Assembly (NCBI GenBank): GCA_950097015.1 | Contig: CATNEN010000034.1 | Coordinates: 4,588,001 to 4,652,000 of the forward strand | Length of the DNA: 64,000 nt | Origin: Macrostomum hystrix | Taxonomy: Eukaryota; Animalia; Platyhelminthes | Direction: 5' to 3' | Part shown: piece after piece, positions 1 to 11,866 of the stretch | Layout: the number at the start of each line of letters is the position of its first letter | How positions within the stretch are numbered: the first letter of the stretch is position 1 | The notes under the pieces: generated by a model | What the model saw: only the letters and a program-made list of their open reading frames with translations | Databases searched by the model: none | What the model was told of the DNA's origin: nothing | Program-made: the position numbers and the translations under genes

Positions 1-7
1 TCTAACT

Positions 8-32
8 AGCAGCAGCAGCAGCAGCAGCAGCC
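8..32. repeat. (CAG)n microsatellite (others near 19660, 21405, 28113, 48410 and in PTBP exon 1)
   Basis: Direct reading. Confidence 0.9.
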
Positions 33-725
33 AGCAGTCTGGATACTCGTTAGTGTGCTAAGATCAATTCTAGGCTAAGGGTGCGGAGCGTGGCGGGGCA
101 GAACAGAAATCAAATCTGCCAGTACTGGAGAAGACACCGCTAGTGTGAGAAGCGCGAACTTGAGACCAGCTCAAAAAGTGTCGCCTAATCTCTTTCACAT
201 TCTCTCCCGTGAGATAGTCGGCCAATATCAAGGCTGACTGGGAGTCTTGGGAGTCTGCCACGAGGCGTGGGGCATTGGGGGGGGGGGTAGGGGATAAATT
301 CATTTTCCCCGCATTAATCCGCAGTCTCCAATTGCAGGTCTCGTCCGAGCAAGATCCCCAGTAGCTGCCCGGATCCCCGTAGACAAGCCTTTCGGAAATA
401 TTGCAAACAATTCCACAGAGAGAGAATTATCTAAATCTCAAAGGACTCGATAAAGGTACTAAAACTGTACCTCTGGGCGTCATCGGCGCAAAGCTATTAG
501 TGCGACAAGCAATAAGCTCAATCGTGTTGACAGAATGGCGAGGATAAATGAGGATAGAAAGTGTCAAACGTTCACATATCATCAGTGTTCTACTGCCGTG
601 AAAGCTCTCTCGACTACTGTTAAATTAGCCAGTGGGGCAGGCTAGTTAACAGTGGGAAGTGCTTAAACAAGCCTGAATATATCGACACTCACTAGCCCAA
701 TACCAGAGGCTAAAAACATTACATG

Positions 726-1524
726 AGCTGAATCAAACTGTCAGCTGAATCAAACTGTCAGCTGAATCAAACTGTCAGCTGAATCAAACTGTCAACTGAA
801 TCAAACTGTCAGCTATATCAAACTGTCAGCTGAATCAAACTGTCAGCTGAATCAAACTGTCAGCTGAATCAAACTGTCAGCTGAATCTAAATGTCAGCTG
901 AATCAAACTGTCAGCTGAATCAAACTGTCAACTGAATCAAACTGTCAGCTATATCAAACTGTCAGCTGAATCAAACTGTCAGCTGAATCAAACTGTCAGC
1001 TGAATCAAACTGTCAACTGAATCAAACTGTCAACTGAATCAAACTGTCAGCTGAATCAAACTGTCAGCTGAATCAAACTGTCAGCTGAATCAAACTGTCA
1101 GCTGAATCAAACTGTCAGCTGAATCAAACTGTCAGCTGAATCAAACTGTCAGCTGAATCAAACTGTCAGCTGAATCAAACTGTCAGCTGAATCAAACTGT
1201 CAGCTGAATCAAACTGGCAGCTGAATCAAACTGTCAGCTGAATCTAAATGTCAGCTGAATCAAACTGTCAGCTGAATCAAACTGTCAGCTGAATCAAACT
1301 GTCAGCTGAATCAAACTGTCAGCTGAATCAAACTGTCAACTGAATCAAACTGTCAACTGAATCAAACTGTCAACTGAATCAAACTGTCAGCTGAATCAAA
1401 CTGTCAGCTGAATCAAACTGTCAACTGAATCAAACTGTCAACTGAATCAAACTGTCAGCTGAATCAAACTGTCAGCTGAATCAAACTGTCAGCTGAATCA
1501 AACTGTCAACTGAATCTAAATGTC
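726..1524. repeat. Minisatellite, 17-bp unit AGCTGAATCAAACTGTC, ~47 copies
   Basis: Direct reading of the tandem array. Confidence 0.98.
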
Positions 1525-2028
1525 TGTTGAACTTAAAAATTTAGAGGGGTGAAAAAAACAAAATGATTCAGCTAAAAATGTCAAAATTAAAATTCGAATT
1601 TCTAATCGATAAATTTCCTGAATGGCGAAAGCCACAGCGCAGACATGCCTGAGTGTGATAAGAGCCATTTTATGGCCAGCTGAATTGCAGAGAATGTACA
1701 GTGAAGGCCTATCGATTGAATCCAACTGTTAATAAGCAGCAGGATGCACCACAGTGAACCTCTAAGATGTGTGTCGCCTCAACTCCAGAGACAACAGACT
1801 CAACGAAATCGAAATTATGCATTCAACGAATGTATGTAGACCCAAGGCTTTGTTGCTCATAAAATAGTTTCATGTTTTAGCTAGACAGACGGACTTTGAC
1901 TTAATAATCAAAGCGATTGTCGTGTTTAATAATTTACTGTCACCTACTAGGACAGGTGTAACCGAAAGCTAGCGACTACTTCAAGTAGTTTATTAATATA
2001 CTTATAACCCAACGTAAATGAGCAAAGA

Positions 2029-2231
2029 AGAGTGGCGGAGCTGTTAACGCGTTTGCCTCTCGCACAAAGGTCCCTGAGCTCGATTCCGCGGCGAGGCCAC
2101 ATTCATTTGGGGCGCAGCCGCCGAGAGAAGGCTTGGTACTTATCATGCAAGTTACGCACTTGAGGGCCAACCTCCAAGGCACAATGAGAGTGTACACTGC
2201 CTGACGATGAGAAAGTCAGGGCAGATGTACA

Positions 2232-2266
<35 letters not shown>

Positions 2267-2395
2267 CTACGCCCGATGTCTGTGAGCGTGTGTGCTCATG
2301 AGTCAGCGAAAGGGCAGAATTGCCTCCTCACTGGCTGCGGGTCTAGTGTCACCAAATGATGTGCCATTGCCCGCAGCCCTCCTGTAATTATTATT
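2029..2395 (+). mobile_element. tRNA-derived SINE, near full-length copy A
   Basis: Head with A-box-like GTGGCGGAGCTG and B-box-like GAGCTCGATTCC, resembling tRNA-Val by eye. Has the central 43-nt hairpin, a (TG)n tract, the 3' end GTGCCATTGCCCGCAGCCCTCCTG and a TAA/TAT tail. Homologous to six other loci in the window. Confidence 0.85.
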
Positions 2396-2896
2396 AAAAT
2401 ACTATTAGTAATATACTTCCTATTCTACTTAGAAACAGTAAGTAGCATGTTGCGCCTAAACCGATAGAAATAGTTAATCTGCAACAAAATGATACAGGGA
2501 GTCTTCAAATTTCCTCATTTTAATTGCCAAACAGACTGAAAAATATGGCAACAACTGCATTCCAGTCCAGATTCGCGTGTATTCGAACAAAGAATGCAGC
2601 GCCAATGCATTGGAATACCTGATCTCCCAACCGATGGCTTTATGTGGGAACACTGTTAGAGCAAAACTCTTGTCCCAATAATATAAACACGATGCTTTGA
2701 CTAAGCAGTATTCTACAAGCTAACTTAATTTCCACCTTTTAAACTGATGATATCCAGCTTGAAGGATTTCTGAAAGCATAGCACAAGCAAGTAATGTATG
2801 CTTTACACTCGTTACCTAGCCTACACCTAGAACTTTCCTTTCACCTTCGTGGATTGAGTCTACTCAACATGACTCTAAAGTCTACGAACTCCTATT

Positions 2897-4216
2897 GTCT
2901 GTCTGAGAAACTGTCCTTCTGCTACCTGTCTGCCTGTCTGTTTGAGAAACTGTCCTTCTGCTACCTGTCAGTCTGTCTGTTTGAGAAACTGTCCTTCTGC
3001 TACCTGTCTGTCTGTCTGTCTGAGAAACTGTCCTTCTGCTACCTGTCTGCCTGTCTGTTTGAGAAACTATCCTTCTGCTACCTGTCTGTCTGTCTGTCTG
3101 AGAAACTGTCCTTCTGCTACCTGTCTGTCTGTCTGTCTGAGAAACTGTCCTTCTGCTACCTGTCTGCCTGTCTGTTTGAGAAACTGTCCTTCTGCTACCT
3201 GTCTGCCTGTCTGTTTGAGAAACTGTCCTTCTGCTACCTGTCTGCCTGTCTGTTTGAGAAACTGTCCTTCTGCTACCTGTCTGTCTGTCTGTCTGAGAAA
3301 CTGTCCTGCTACCTGTCTGTCTGTCTGTCTGAGAAACTGTCCTGCTACCTGTCTGTCTGTCTGTCTGAGAAACTGTCCTTCTGCTACCTGTCTGCCTGTC
3401 TGTTTGAGAAACTGTCCTTCTGCTACCTGTCTGTCTGTCTGTCTGAGAAACTGTCCTTCTGCTACCTGTCTGTCTGTCTGTCTGAGAAACTGTCCTTCTG
3501 CTACCTGTCTGTCTGTCTGTCTGAGAAACTGTCCTTCTGCTACCTGTCTGCCTGTCTGTTTGAGAAACTATCCTTCTGCTACCTGTCTGTCTGTCTGTCT
3601 GAGAAACTGTCCTTCTGCTACCTGTCTGCCTGTCTGTTTGAGAAACTGTCCTTCTGCTACCTGTCTGCCTGTCTGTTTGAGAAACTGTCCTTCTGCTACC
3701 TGTCTGTCTGTCTGTCTGAGAAACTGTCCTTCTGCTACCTGTCTGTCTGTCTGTCTGAGAAACTGTCCTTCTGCTACCTGTCTGTCTGTCTGTTTGAGAA
3801 ACTGTCCTTCTGCTACCTGTCTGTCTGTCTGTTTGAGAAACTGTCCTTCTGCTACCTGTCTGTCTGTCTGTTTGAGAAACTGTCCTTCTGCTACCTGTCT
3901 GTCTGTCTGTCTGTCTGAGAAACTGTCCTTCTGCTACCTGTCTGTCTGTCTGTTTGAGAAACTGTCCTTCTGCTACCTGTCTGTCTGTCTGTTTGAGAAA
4001 CTATCCTTCTGCTACCTGTCTGTCTGTCTGTCTGAGAAACTGTCCTTCTGCTACCTGTCTGTCTGTCTGTTTGAGAAACTGTCCTTCTGCTACCTGTCTG
4101 TCTGTCTGTCTGAGAAACTGTCCTTCTGCTACCTGTCTGTCTGTCTGTTTGAGAAACTGTCCTTCTGCTACCTGTCTGCCTGTCTGTTTGAAAAACTGTC
4201 CTTCTGCTACCTGTCT
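2897..4216. repeat. Minisatellite, 39-bp unit GAGAAACTGTCCTTCTGCTACCTGTCTG(T/C)CTGTCTGT(T/C)T, ~34 copies
   Basis: Direct reading; the 13-aa periodicity of the ORF track agrees. Confidence 0.98.
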
Positions 4217-4923
4217 CACTAAGAAACTGTGCTTCTGTCAGTCGGTCTGTCTTTTTGCAACTGTCTATTGATCTGTCTGTTGGTGAAAGTCTTCTGTCTC
4301 CGTATGATTAACTGGTTCGTCTCTGCCCAGTACCTGCTAGGGTGTATATGAGTACGGAGATTTCTTGATCAATTGACCTTCCCTCCCTAATGTTTATGCC
4401 CGAGTTCTTTCTAGTTTCGGTTCATTGTCACCCCCCGGATTGACTTTGTCAGTCAGCCCCGCCTTGATAGCTCGCTCTTTACTCTTTTGATCTGTCAAAT
4501 CGAATGTTCGATCGACCAGTTATCTCCAGTCGCATGAATATAAATCTGCTTCTAATTGCAGCTCTTGATTGTCAGGGCACAATGGTCCAGTCCTTTGGTG
4601 CTAATTGTCTTCTTTAACAGTCAATCGTGGGGGGGTTTCATAGGATAATGAGCCTCACTAATCAAAAGCATAAGAGATGCGCAATGACAAATGCTTTGAA
4701 GACCCCGACCCTACTGACTTCACCTGACCAGGTGTTATAGTAGTGCCCACTACTGCAATACAGTAGTAGTTATATAAATATAATACGAGAACGGGTCATA
4801 TCAGCCAGGTAGTACTATAGAGCTAATGCATACTGGGCTCTTTGACACAGGTGAAAATCGATTAACTGAAAAGACACAGAGAGAGAGAGAGAGCAGAAAA
4901 AAGAAACGAAAAAAACAATTTTC

Positions 4924-4998
4924 TGTTAGCGGGGATTCGATCCAAGCCCAGGGCCGTATGATTTGAGTGCCCCTCCCACACAGCTCAACAGAACTAAC
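4924..4998 (-). pseudogene. Degenerate tRNA-like sequence (pseudogene or head of another SINE)
   Basis: 75 nt, 6 of 7 acceptor-stem pairs (GTTAGTT/CGCTAAC), GGATCGAATCC B-box-like loop, T7 run 8 nt downstream. D and anticodon arms do not fold. Confidence 0.25.
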
Positions 4999-5449
4999 AT
5001 AGAGGGGCCTACTAGTCCAGTCGTGTCAATCTGGATGTTTCAGCGAATCTAGGAGGACAAGTCAGCCGGGTAAAATCTTCTAAACCAAGCTAATAATCTT
5101 TCCCTGATCTTTCTGTGTCGGCTGTCACTCGAATTGCTAATAATTGCTGCTGCTGCTTCCGTTGTCGGGCGGGTTAATTGAGTTGTTGCGCAATCCTAAA
5201 CCAGGTGTTGGAACCGGGATTTTTTCAAGGGGAAAGTTGTAGAAGAAAGAACTAGACACCAAACTGAGTGACAGCTGGAGGCGCCGAATCTGAACAAGAC
5301 GAGATGAAAAAGAGACGTTTGTCACTTAGAATAGTCTGCGTCCGGAAAATTGATAAGAGAAATATAAATGACAGTTTCTTGGGCAAAAACTGACACGGGG
5401 AGACAAATACGAGCTAATACCCTAGAGTTGGTGGTAGAAATAGAGAAAT

Positions 5450-6090
5450 TGAGAAATTGAGATCGGGGTAGAAAATAGGGGGTAGAGAAAAAGAGAGAAG
5501 GAATAGGAAGGGGAGACAAAGTGAGAGCAAGGGGAGGAAGGGGAGAGAACGGGAGAGAACGTTAGGAAGGGGAGGAAGGGAAGAGAAGGGGAGAAAGGGA
5601 GAGAAGGAGACAAAGGTTAAAACAAGGTGAGAGAAGCTGAGAGAAAGGTAGAGAAGGGGATGATGGGGAGGAAGGCGAGAAAGGGGGAGAGAAAGTGAGA
5701 TGAAGGGAAGAAACGGACGAGAATGGGAGGATGGTGAGAGAAGGTGAGGAAGGGGAGCAAAGAGAGGAAGGCGAGAAAGTGGGAGGAAGGGGAGTGAAGG
5801 TGAGAAAAGTGAGACAAGGTGAGAGAAGGTGAGATAAGGGGAGAGAAAGTGGGAGGAAGGGTAGGGAAGGGGTGGGAGGTTAAGTGCAAAGGAAGGGGAG
5901 AAAGGGGAGAGAAGGTGAGGAAGGGGAGCAAAGAGAGGAAGGCGAGAAAGTGGGAGGAAGGGGAGTGAAGGTGAGAAAAGTGAGACAAGGTGAGAGAAGG
6001 TGAGATAAGGGGAGAGAAAGTGGGAGGAAGGGTAGGGAAGGGGTGGGAGGTTAAGTGCAAAGGAAGGGGAGAAAGGGGAGAGAAGGAGAA
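5450..6090. repeat. Purine-rich (GA) low-complexity tract containing a 171-bp direct duplication (copies start 5738 and 5909)
   Basis: Direct reading; 57-aa repeat in the minus-strand ORF. Confidence 0.9.
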
Positions 6091-7870
6091 AAGAAAGGCA
6101 TTAGATAGGCAAAGTGGAAGCGAAGGGACAGAAGAGTAGATAATGACAGCACTGGAAAATTAAACAGCCAAATGTAACGACTGAGTTACGAGTATAAATA
6201 AATATTGAAAGACAAACAGTCACACAAATCGTAAAAGTATAAGAATATCAATTGAATCAGGCAATTTACTAAAGTGCGCGTTGAAATAATGAAAGATAGA
6301 TAACAGGAAATAAATAGTCCAAAAGTAAAAGAGTAGATAAAAACTAAAGTAAATTAAAATAATAAATTGGATTGTTGGAAGGCGAGAGCGACCGACCGTT
6401 TTCAAGTTTTGAAATGGAAAAGCAGCACAGATATGATGATTAAAAAGCTGCGCTCCCATAGGCGGAGAAGTATAGAGAGAGATAGTTATGAGAACTCGCT
6501 GCTCAGTCGTTTCGCGCACCATCCGGGGGAGGGAATTATGAAGGCTGGTTGAGTGCCTGAGAGGGAGGGAGGCAGGGTAGATGAGGAGGGAAGGCCAAAG
6601 GGTCGGATTAGGCAAAGTCCGAGTTAAAGTATTTTAATGAAAGTTCTATGTTTGGGGCACACGGGGACAGTGGAGAGAGGTCGGAAATGAAGTAACGGTT
6701 TTTCAAAAAGTCAGCCTTTCCCCCACCCAAAGACCCGACCATTTTGGGCTTTGCAATCTTGAATCCCATCCTTCTGTCCGCCCCGTGTCTTCTCCAAAGT
6801 CCCCCCGGTCTTGAAACCGCCAAAGTCCGGTCTCAAAGTTTCGCCCGAGTTGGTGCGGTAAATTGTGTAATAAATTTTCTAACCCAACTGTGTCTGTATT
6901 TTCTGAGTAGATTTTTTGAGACCGTCAGACAGACAGACAGACAGGCTGCAATGCCATAATGCAATAACAGTTACGGTAAGCACATTAGGCAAGATAGGAT
7001 GTATGGGATACAGATGACGCTATGCCCGTTTAGAGAACACAATGCATAGTAATATATGACTGGAGAGTAAATATAATAATAATAATTATAGACAGAGAGA
7101 CAAGCAAAACAGGTAGACAGACAGATAGGCAGACAGCCATAAAAGGGTCAGAAGAAAAAGAATTTACTCGAAACTACTATTTTCAGAATAAAAATAAGAA
7201 TAGTTATAGTAGTAATATAGTGAAGTAGGATAATTGCACACAATAATTTAGCAGCGCACGCAATGTTACGCAACAACTTAACTAGACCCATTTAGGTAAA
7301 AAACGAATTCAGTGTAACACACGTTCAGCAGTGGGTGGCTTCGTCTTAATCCGGTCGCGATTCTTGGACAAAGGAGATTAGCAGGGGGTGGGGGGGAATT
7401 GCTTTCTATAGCCGGAGACTCGAGAGAGGAAAGGAGGAGTACCCGTCAGGATTTTCATTTGGCTGCCTGTCAGAAATAATTGCCTAGCGATCATCGTCAG
7501 TCAGTGGGTTTGAGGTGGGGGGGAGCAGGTTGCTTAGCCCAGACAGATTGGCATAATCTTTCAGGAGACATGAGCGTACCTCCCCTTAGCTCTCTACTTG
7601 TCCACTAATGGAAGGCCGCAGTCCGATTGTTATCTGAGTTGATTCCGTTTCTCTTTGAAGCCAGCTTAAAAAAATTCTGCATGAACATTTTTCGAGCAAC
7701 TCTTAGTTCTCCATTAACAAAGCTGCTTAGGTTGTATAATGATTCCTAAGCTGGGAAAAACGATAGTTTTGTTAGACAAAATAGAATACCAATATGCTGG
7801 ATATAGTACAGTGACTTTGAAGTCGGATAATGGAGATGGGTTACACAAGATAGGAGGGCGTTACCAGACT

Positions 7871-8790
7871 TGGGTAGAAGAAAGGGGTAAGTGTAGAGAA
7901 GAGAGGTAGTGGATAGGGTAGAAGATAGGGGTGGAGGATGGGGTAGTAGAGAGGGGTAGTGGATGGGGTAGTGGATGTGGTAGTGGAGAGGGGTAGTAGA
8001 TGGGGTAGACGAGAGGGGTAGTGGATGGGGTAGTGGATGGGGTAGTGGAGAGGGGTAGTGGATGGGGTGGTGGATGGGGTAATGGAGAGGGGTAGTAGAT
8101 TGGGTAGACGAGAGGGGTAGTGTATGGGGTAATGGATGGGGTAGTGGAAAGGGGTAGTAGATGGGGTAGACGAGAGGGGTAGTGGATGGGGTAATGGATG
8201 GGGTAGTGGAGAGGGGAAGTGGATGGGGTAATGGATGGGGTAGTGGATGGGGTAGTGGATGGGGTAGTGGATGGGGTAATGGAGAGGGGTAGTAGATGGG
8301 GTAGACGAGAGGGGTAGTGGATGGGGTAATGGATGGGGTAGTGGAGAGGGGTAGTAGATGGGGTAGACGAGAGGGGTAGTGGATGGGGTAATGGATGGGG
8401 TAGTAGATGGGGTAGAGGAGAGGGGTAGTGGATGGGGTAATGGATGGGGTAGTGGAGAGGGGTAGTGGATGGGGTAATGGATGGGGTAGTGGAGAGGGGT
8501 AGTGGATGGGGTAATGGATGGGGTAATGGAGAGGGGTAGTAGATGGGGTAGACGAGAGGGGTAGTGGATGGGGTAATGGATGGGGTAGTGGAGAGGGGTA
8601 GTAGATGGGGTAGACGAGAGGGGTAGTGGATGGGGTAATGGATGGGGTAGTGGATGGGGTAGACGAGAGGGGTAGTGGATGGGGTAGTGGATGGGGTAGT
8701 GGATGGGGTAGTGGATGGGTAGAAGAGAGGGGTGGTGGATGGGGTAGAAGAGAGGGGTAGAGAAGAGGGGTTATAAAGAGAGGGGTAGAG
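7871..8790. repeat. G-rich compound minisatellite built on a ~12-bp unit GGGGTAGTGGAT / GGGGTAGTGGAGA / GGGGTAGACGAGA
   Basis: Direct reading. Confidence 0.95.
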
Positions 8791-9236
8791 AATATACAAT
8801 TGATATTATATTAATTTTCTCTGGACAAGATGGGACTTGTTTATAGATGCATAGTATACCTTATAAAAAGATATTTATGATTTGGAAAGTTGAATACCGG
8901 TAAATTTGAGCATGAAAAACGATGAGCATTGCAAGATGATACGCAAGAGTCTCAGGCATTCAATTTATCTTAATTTACCCCACACGGATTTTAGCAATTA
9001 ATTGTTCATTCTCACAAGCAGGAAATCAATTTCAAATAGACTCAGCCAAACTCAGAAGTCTAGGTTACGCTTACCGTTACAAGAAGATAAGCATGGGCAG
9101 GGAATAACACGCTTAGTAATACGCAATTCGGCTAGTGTCTCTCGAAAACCTGCGAAATCTGCAATGGGTAAAATTAAATTATCAGTTGAAGCTTTATCCG
9201 CTCAGACATTTTTGTTAATAAAGGCAAAACACACAC

Positions 9237-10130
9237 GGGACACAGGGGACACAGGGACGTGGGACACAGGGACAGGGGACACAGGGACAGGGGACACAGG
9301 GACAGGGGACACAGGGACAGGGGACACAGGGACAGGGGACACAGGGACAGGGGACACAGGGACAGGGGACACAGGGACAGGGGACACAGGGACAGGGGAC
9401 ACAGGGACAGGGGACACAGGGACAGGGGACACAGGGACAGGGGACACAGGGACAGGGGACACAGGGACAGGGGACACAGGGACAGGGGACACAGGGACAG
9501 GGGACACAGGGACAGGGGACACAGGGACAGGGGACACAGGGACAGGGGACACAGGGACAGGGGACACAGGGACAGGGGACACAGGGACAGGGGACACAGG
9601 GACAGGGGACACAGGGACAGGGGACACAGGGACAGGGGACACAGGGACAGGGGACACAGGGACAGGGGACACAGGGACAGGGGACACAGGGACAGGGGAC
9701 ACAGGGACAGGGGACACAGGGACAGGGGACACAGGGACAGGGGACACAGGGACAGGGGACACAGGGACAGGGGACACAGGGACAGGGGACACAGGGACAG
9801 GGGACACAGGGACAGGGGACACAGGGACAGGGGACACAGGGACAGGCGACACAGGGACAGGGGACACAGGGACAGGGGACACAGGGACAGGGGACACAGG
9901 GACAGGGGACACAGGGACAGGGGACACAGGGACAGGGGACACAGGGACAGGGGACACAGGGACGTGGGACACAGGGACAGGGGACACAGGGACGTGGGAC
10001 ACAGGGACAGGGGACACAGGGACAGGGGACACAGGTACAGGGGACACAGGGACAGGGGACAGGGGACACAGGGACAGGGGACACAGGGACAGGGGACAGG
10101 GGACACAGGGACAGGGGACACAGGGGACAG
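9237..10130. repeat. Minisatellite, 15-bp unit GGGGACACAGGGACA, ~59 copies, very homogeneous
   Basis: Direct reading. Confidence 0.98.
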
Positions 10131-11079
10131 TATATATTCTTAACGAAAGCTCATATAGACCTCAAAATTGGTTCATCTAAAAAGGCGCACTTGGAAGCAT
10201 AACAAAAACAGCCTTGACTACCAAAGGCATTTTGTAGCAAAACTACTTTAGTTTGAGTGTCCAAAGCCTCCTTATAATGCAATCCGCAAAGAACTACATG
10301 CAACATTTCTTTACTTCATTCACTTCCCGAATTTGGAATTTCGAGGTCCACGCTTCACCTCCCAATCCCATTCCATCCACTTCAGCCCTAAGGCCAGATG
10401 TTTGCCCGCCCGGTTCATATGCTAAAGGGCTTTACGAAGCATTGTATACATACAACCAACACACACAGACAGACAAGAAACATACACGCTCAGTCGTCAG
10501 TGTTGCACAATCTCAGTCACTTTTCAAGGGTAAATAAGAAAGAAGAACGAAAGAGGAACAAAACACTGAGAGAGAGAGAGACAGACTTCTTTCAACCGTT
10601 GACGTTTCAAGAGTGGATCGGTCGACACACGCCCACACTGGCAGATGAATTGACGAAGGAAACTGAGAGGCGGGTGGGGGCCTATAGTGTGCCTACTACA
10701 ATTCTCTTTGACAGCTGACAAATGCCTAAGGAATCAGCTGTGTCCCATTCTTTTCTCTCTAGCACTTACTACACCCAACATTTTCATTCATTTTCAGTAC
10801 ATGAAAGAAAAATTTAATCTTATATGTCTATCTACCTGAGATTTTGAGCTAGTGTGAAATTCAAACACTTTTAAAATAAAACTAGCTTTGAACTGGCCCA
10901 GTTGAACTGGCCCAAACATAATCTCCACAGGGGGGAACTGGCCTTAGCAGACGAAGCATTTCTTCTCCTCATCAGGCAAAAAACGCCCCCGTTTAGCAGA
11001 GTTTGACCCTCTTTAGCAGAGAACAATGTCCCCCCTAACAGACAACCAAAATCCTTACCAGCATGCTACCTGAGAAGTA

Positions 11080-11866
11080 CCCCTTAGCCAGCCTTTAAAT
11101 GCCCCCTAGCCAGCCTTTAAATACCCCCTAGCCAGCCTTTAAATACCCCCTAGCCAGCCTTTAAATACCCCTAGCCAGCCTTTAAATACCCCTAGCCAGC
11201 CTTAAACACCACCTAGCCAGCCTTTAAATACCCCTAGCCAGCCCTTAAATACCCCCTAGCCAGCCTTTAAATGCCCCCTAGCCAGCCTTTAAATACCCCC
11301 TAGCCAGCCCTTAAATATCTCCTAGCCAGCCTTTAAATACCCCCTAGCCAGCCCTTAAATATCTCCTAGCCAGCCTTTAAATACCCCCTAGCCAGCCCTT
11401 AAATACCCCCTAGCCAGCCTTTAAATGCCCCCTAGCCAGCCTTTAAATATCTCCTAGCCAGCCTTTAAATACCCCCTAGCCAGCCCTTAAATATCTCCTA
11501 GCCAGCCTTTAAATACCCCCTAGCCAGCCCTTAAATACCCCCTAGCCAGCCTTTAAATACCCCCTAGCCAGCCCTTAAATACCCCCCTAGCCAGCCTTTA
11601 AATACCCCTTAGCCAGCCTTTAAATACCCCTTAGCCAGCCTTTAAATACCACCTAGCCAGCTTTTAAATACCCCCTAGCCAGCCTTTAAATACCCCCTAG
11701 CCAGCCCTTAAATACCCCCTAGCCAGCCCTTAAATACCCCCTAGCCAGCCCTTAAATACCCCCTAGCCAGCCCTTAAATACCCCCTAGCCAGCCCTTAAA
11801 TACCCCCTAGCCAGCCCTTAAATACCCCCTAGCCAGCCTTTAAATACCCCCTAGCCAGCCTTAAAA
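11080..11866. repeat. Minisatellite, ~22-bp unit TAGCCAGCCTTTAAATACCCCC, ~36 copies
   Basis: Direct reading. Confidence 0.98.

Noticed and set aside
70-400. Minus-strand frame containing WRLRINAGK and LADYLT, faintly like retroelement RT/RNase H motifs
   Set aside because: No YADD/YXDD motif at the right spacing and no further domain similarity; likely chance.
2201-2214. CTGACGA-NNN-GAAA in the SINE hairpin as a minimal hammerhead core
   Set aside because: Only 3 nt separate the core words, no stem I/III with an NUH site can be built, and CTGAC pairs with GTCAG in a simple hairpin instead.
2744-2803. Hammerhead-ribozyme-like pattern CTGATGA...GAAA-GCATA...TATGC-TT
   Set aside because: Core words and a 5-bp stem III are present, but the conserved pair closing stem II is missing and stem I has only one pair. 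An Infernal search with the Rfam hammerhead models would settle it.
2794-4271. Long Cys/Leu/Ser-rich ORFs (374 and 426 aa)
   Set aside because: Translations of the 39-bp minisatellite.
9002-10180. 392-aa ORF with (GDTGT)n and five overlapping ORFs in other frames
   Set aside because: The 15-bp unit has no stop in any frame, so all six frames are open by construction. The unique flanks have no recognisable homology or splice context.
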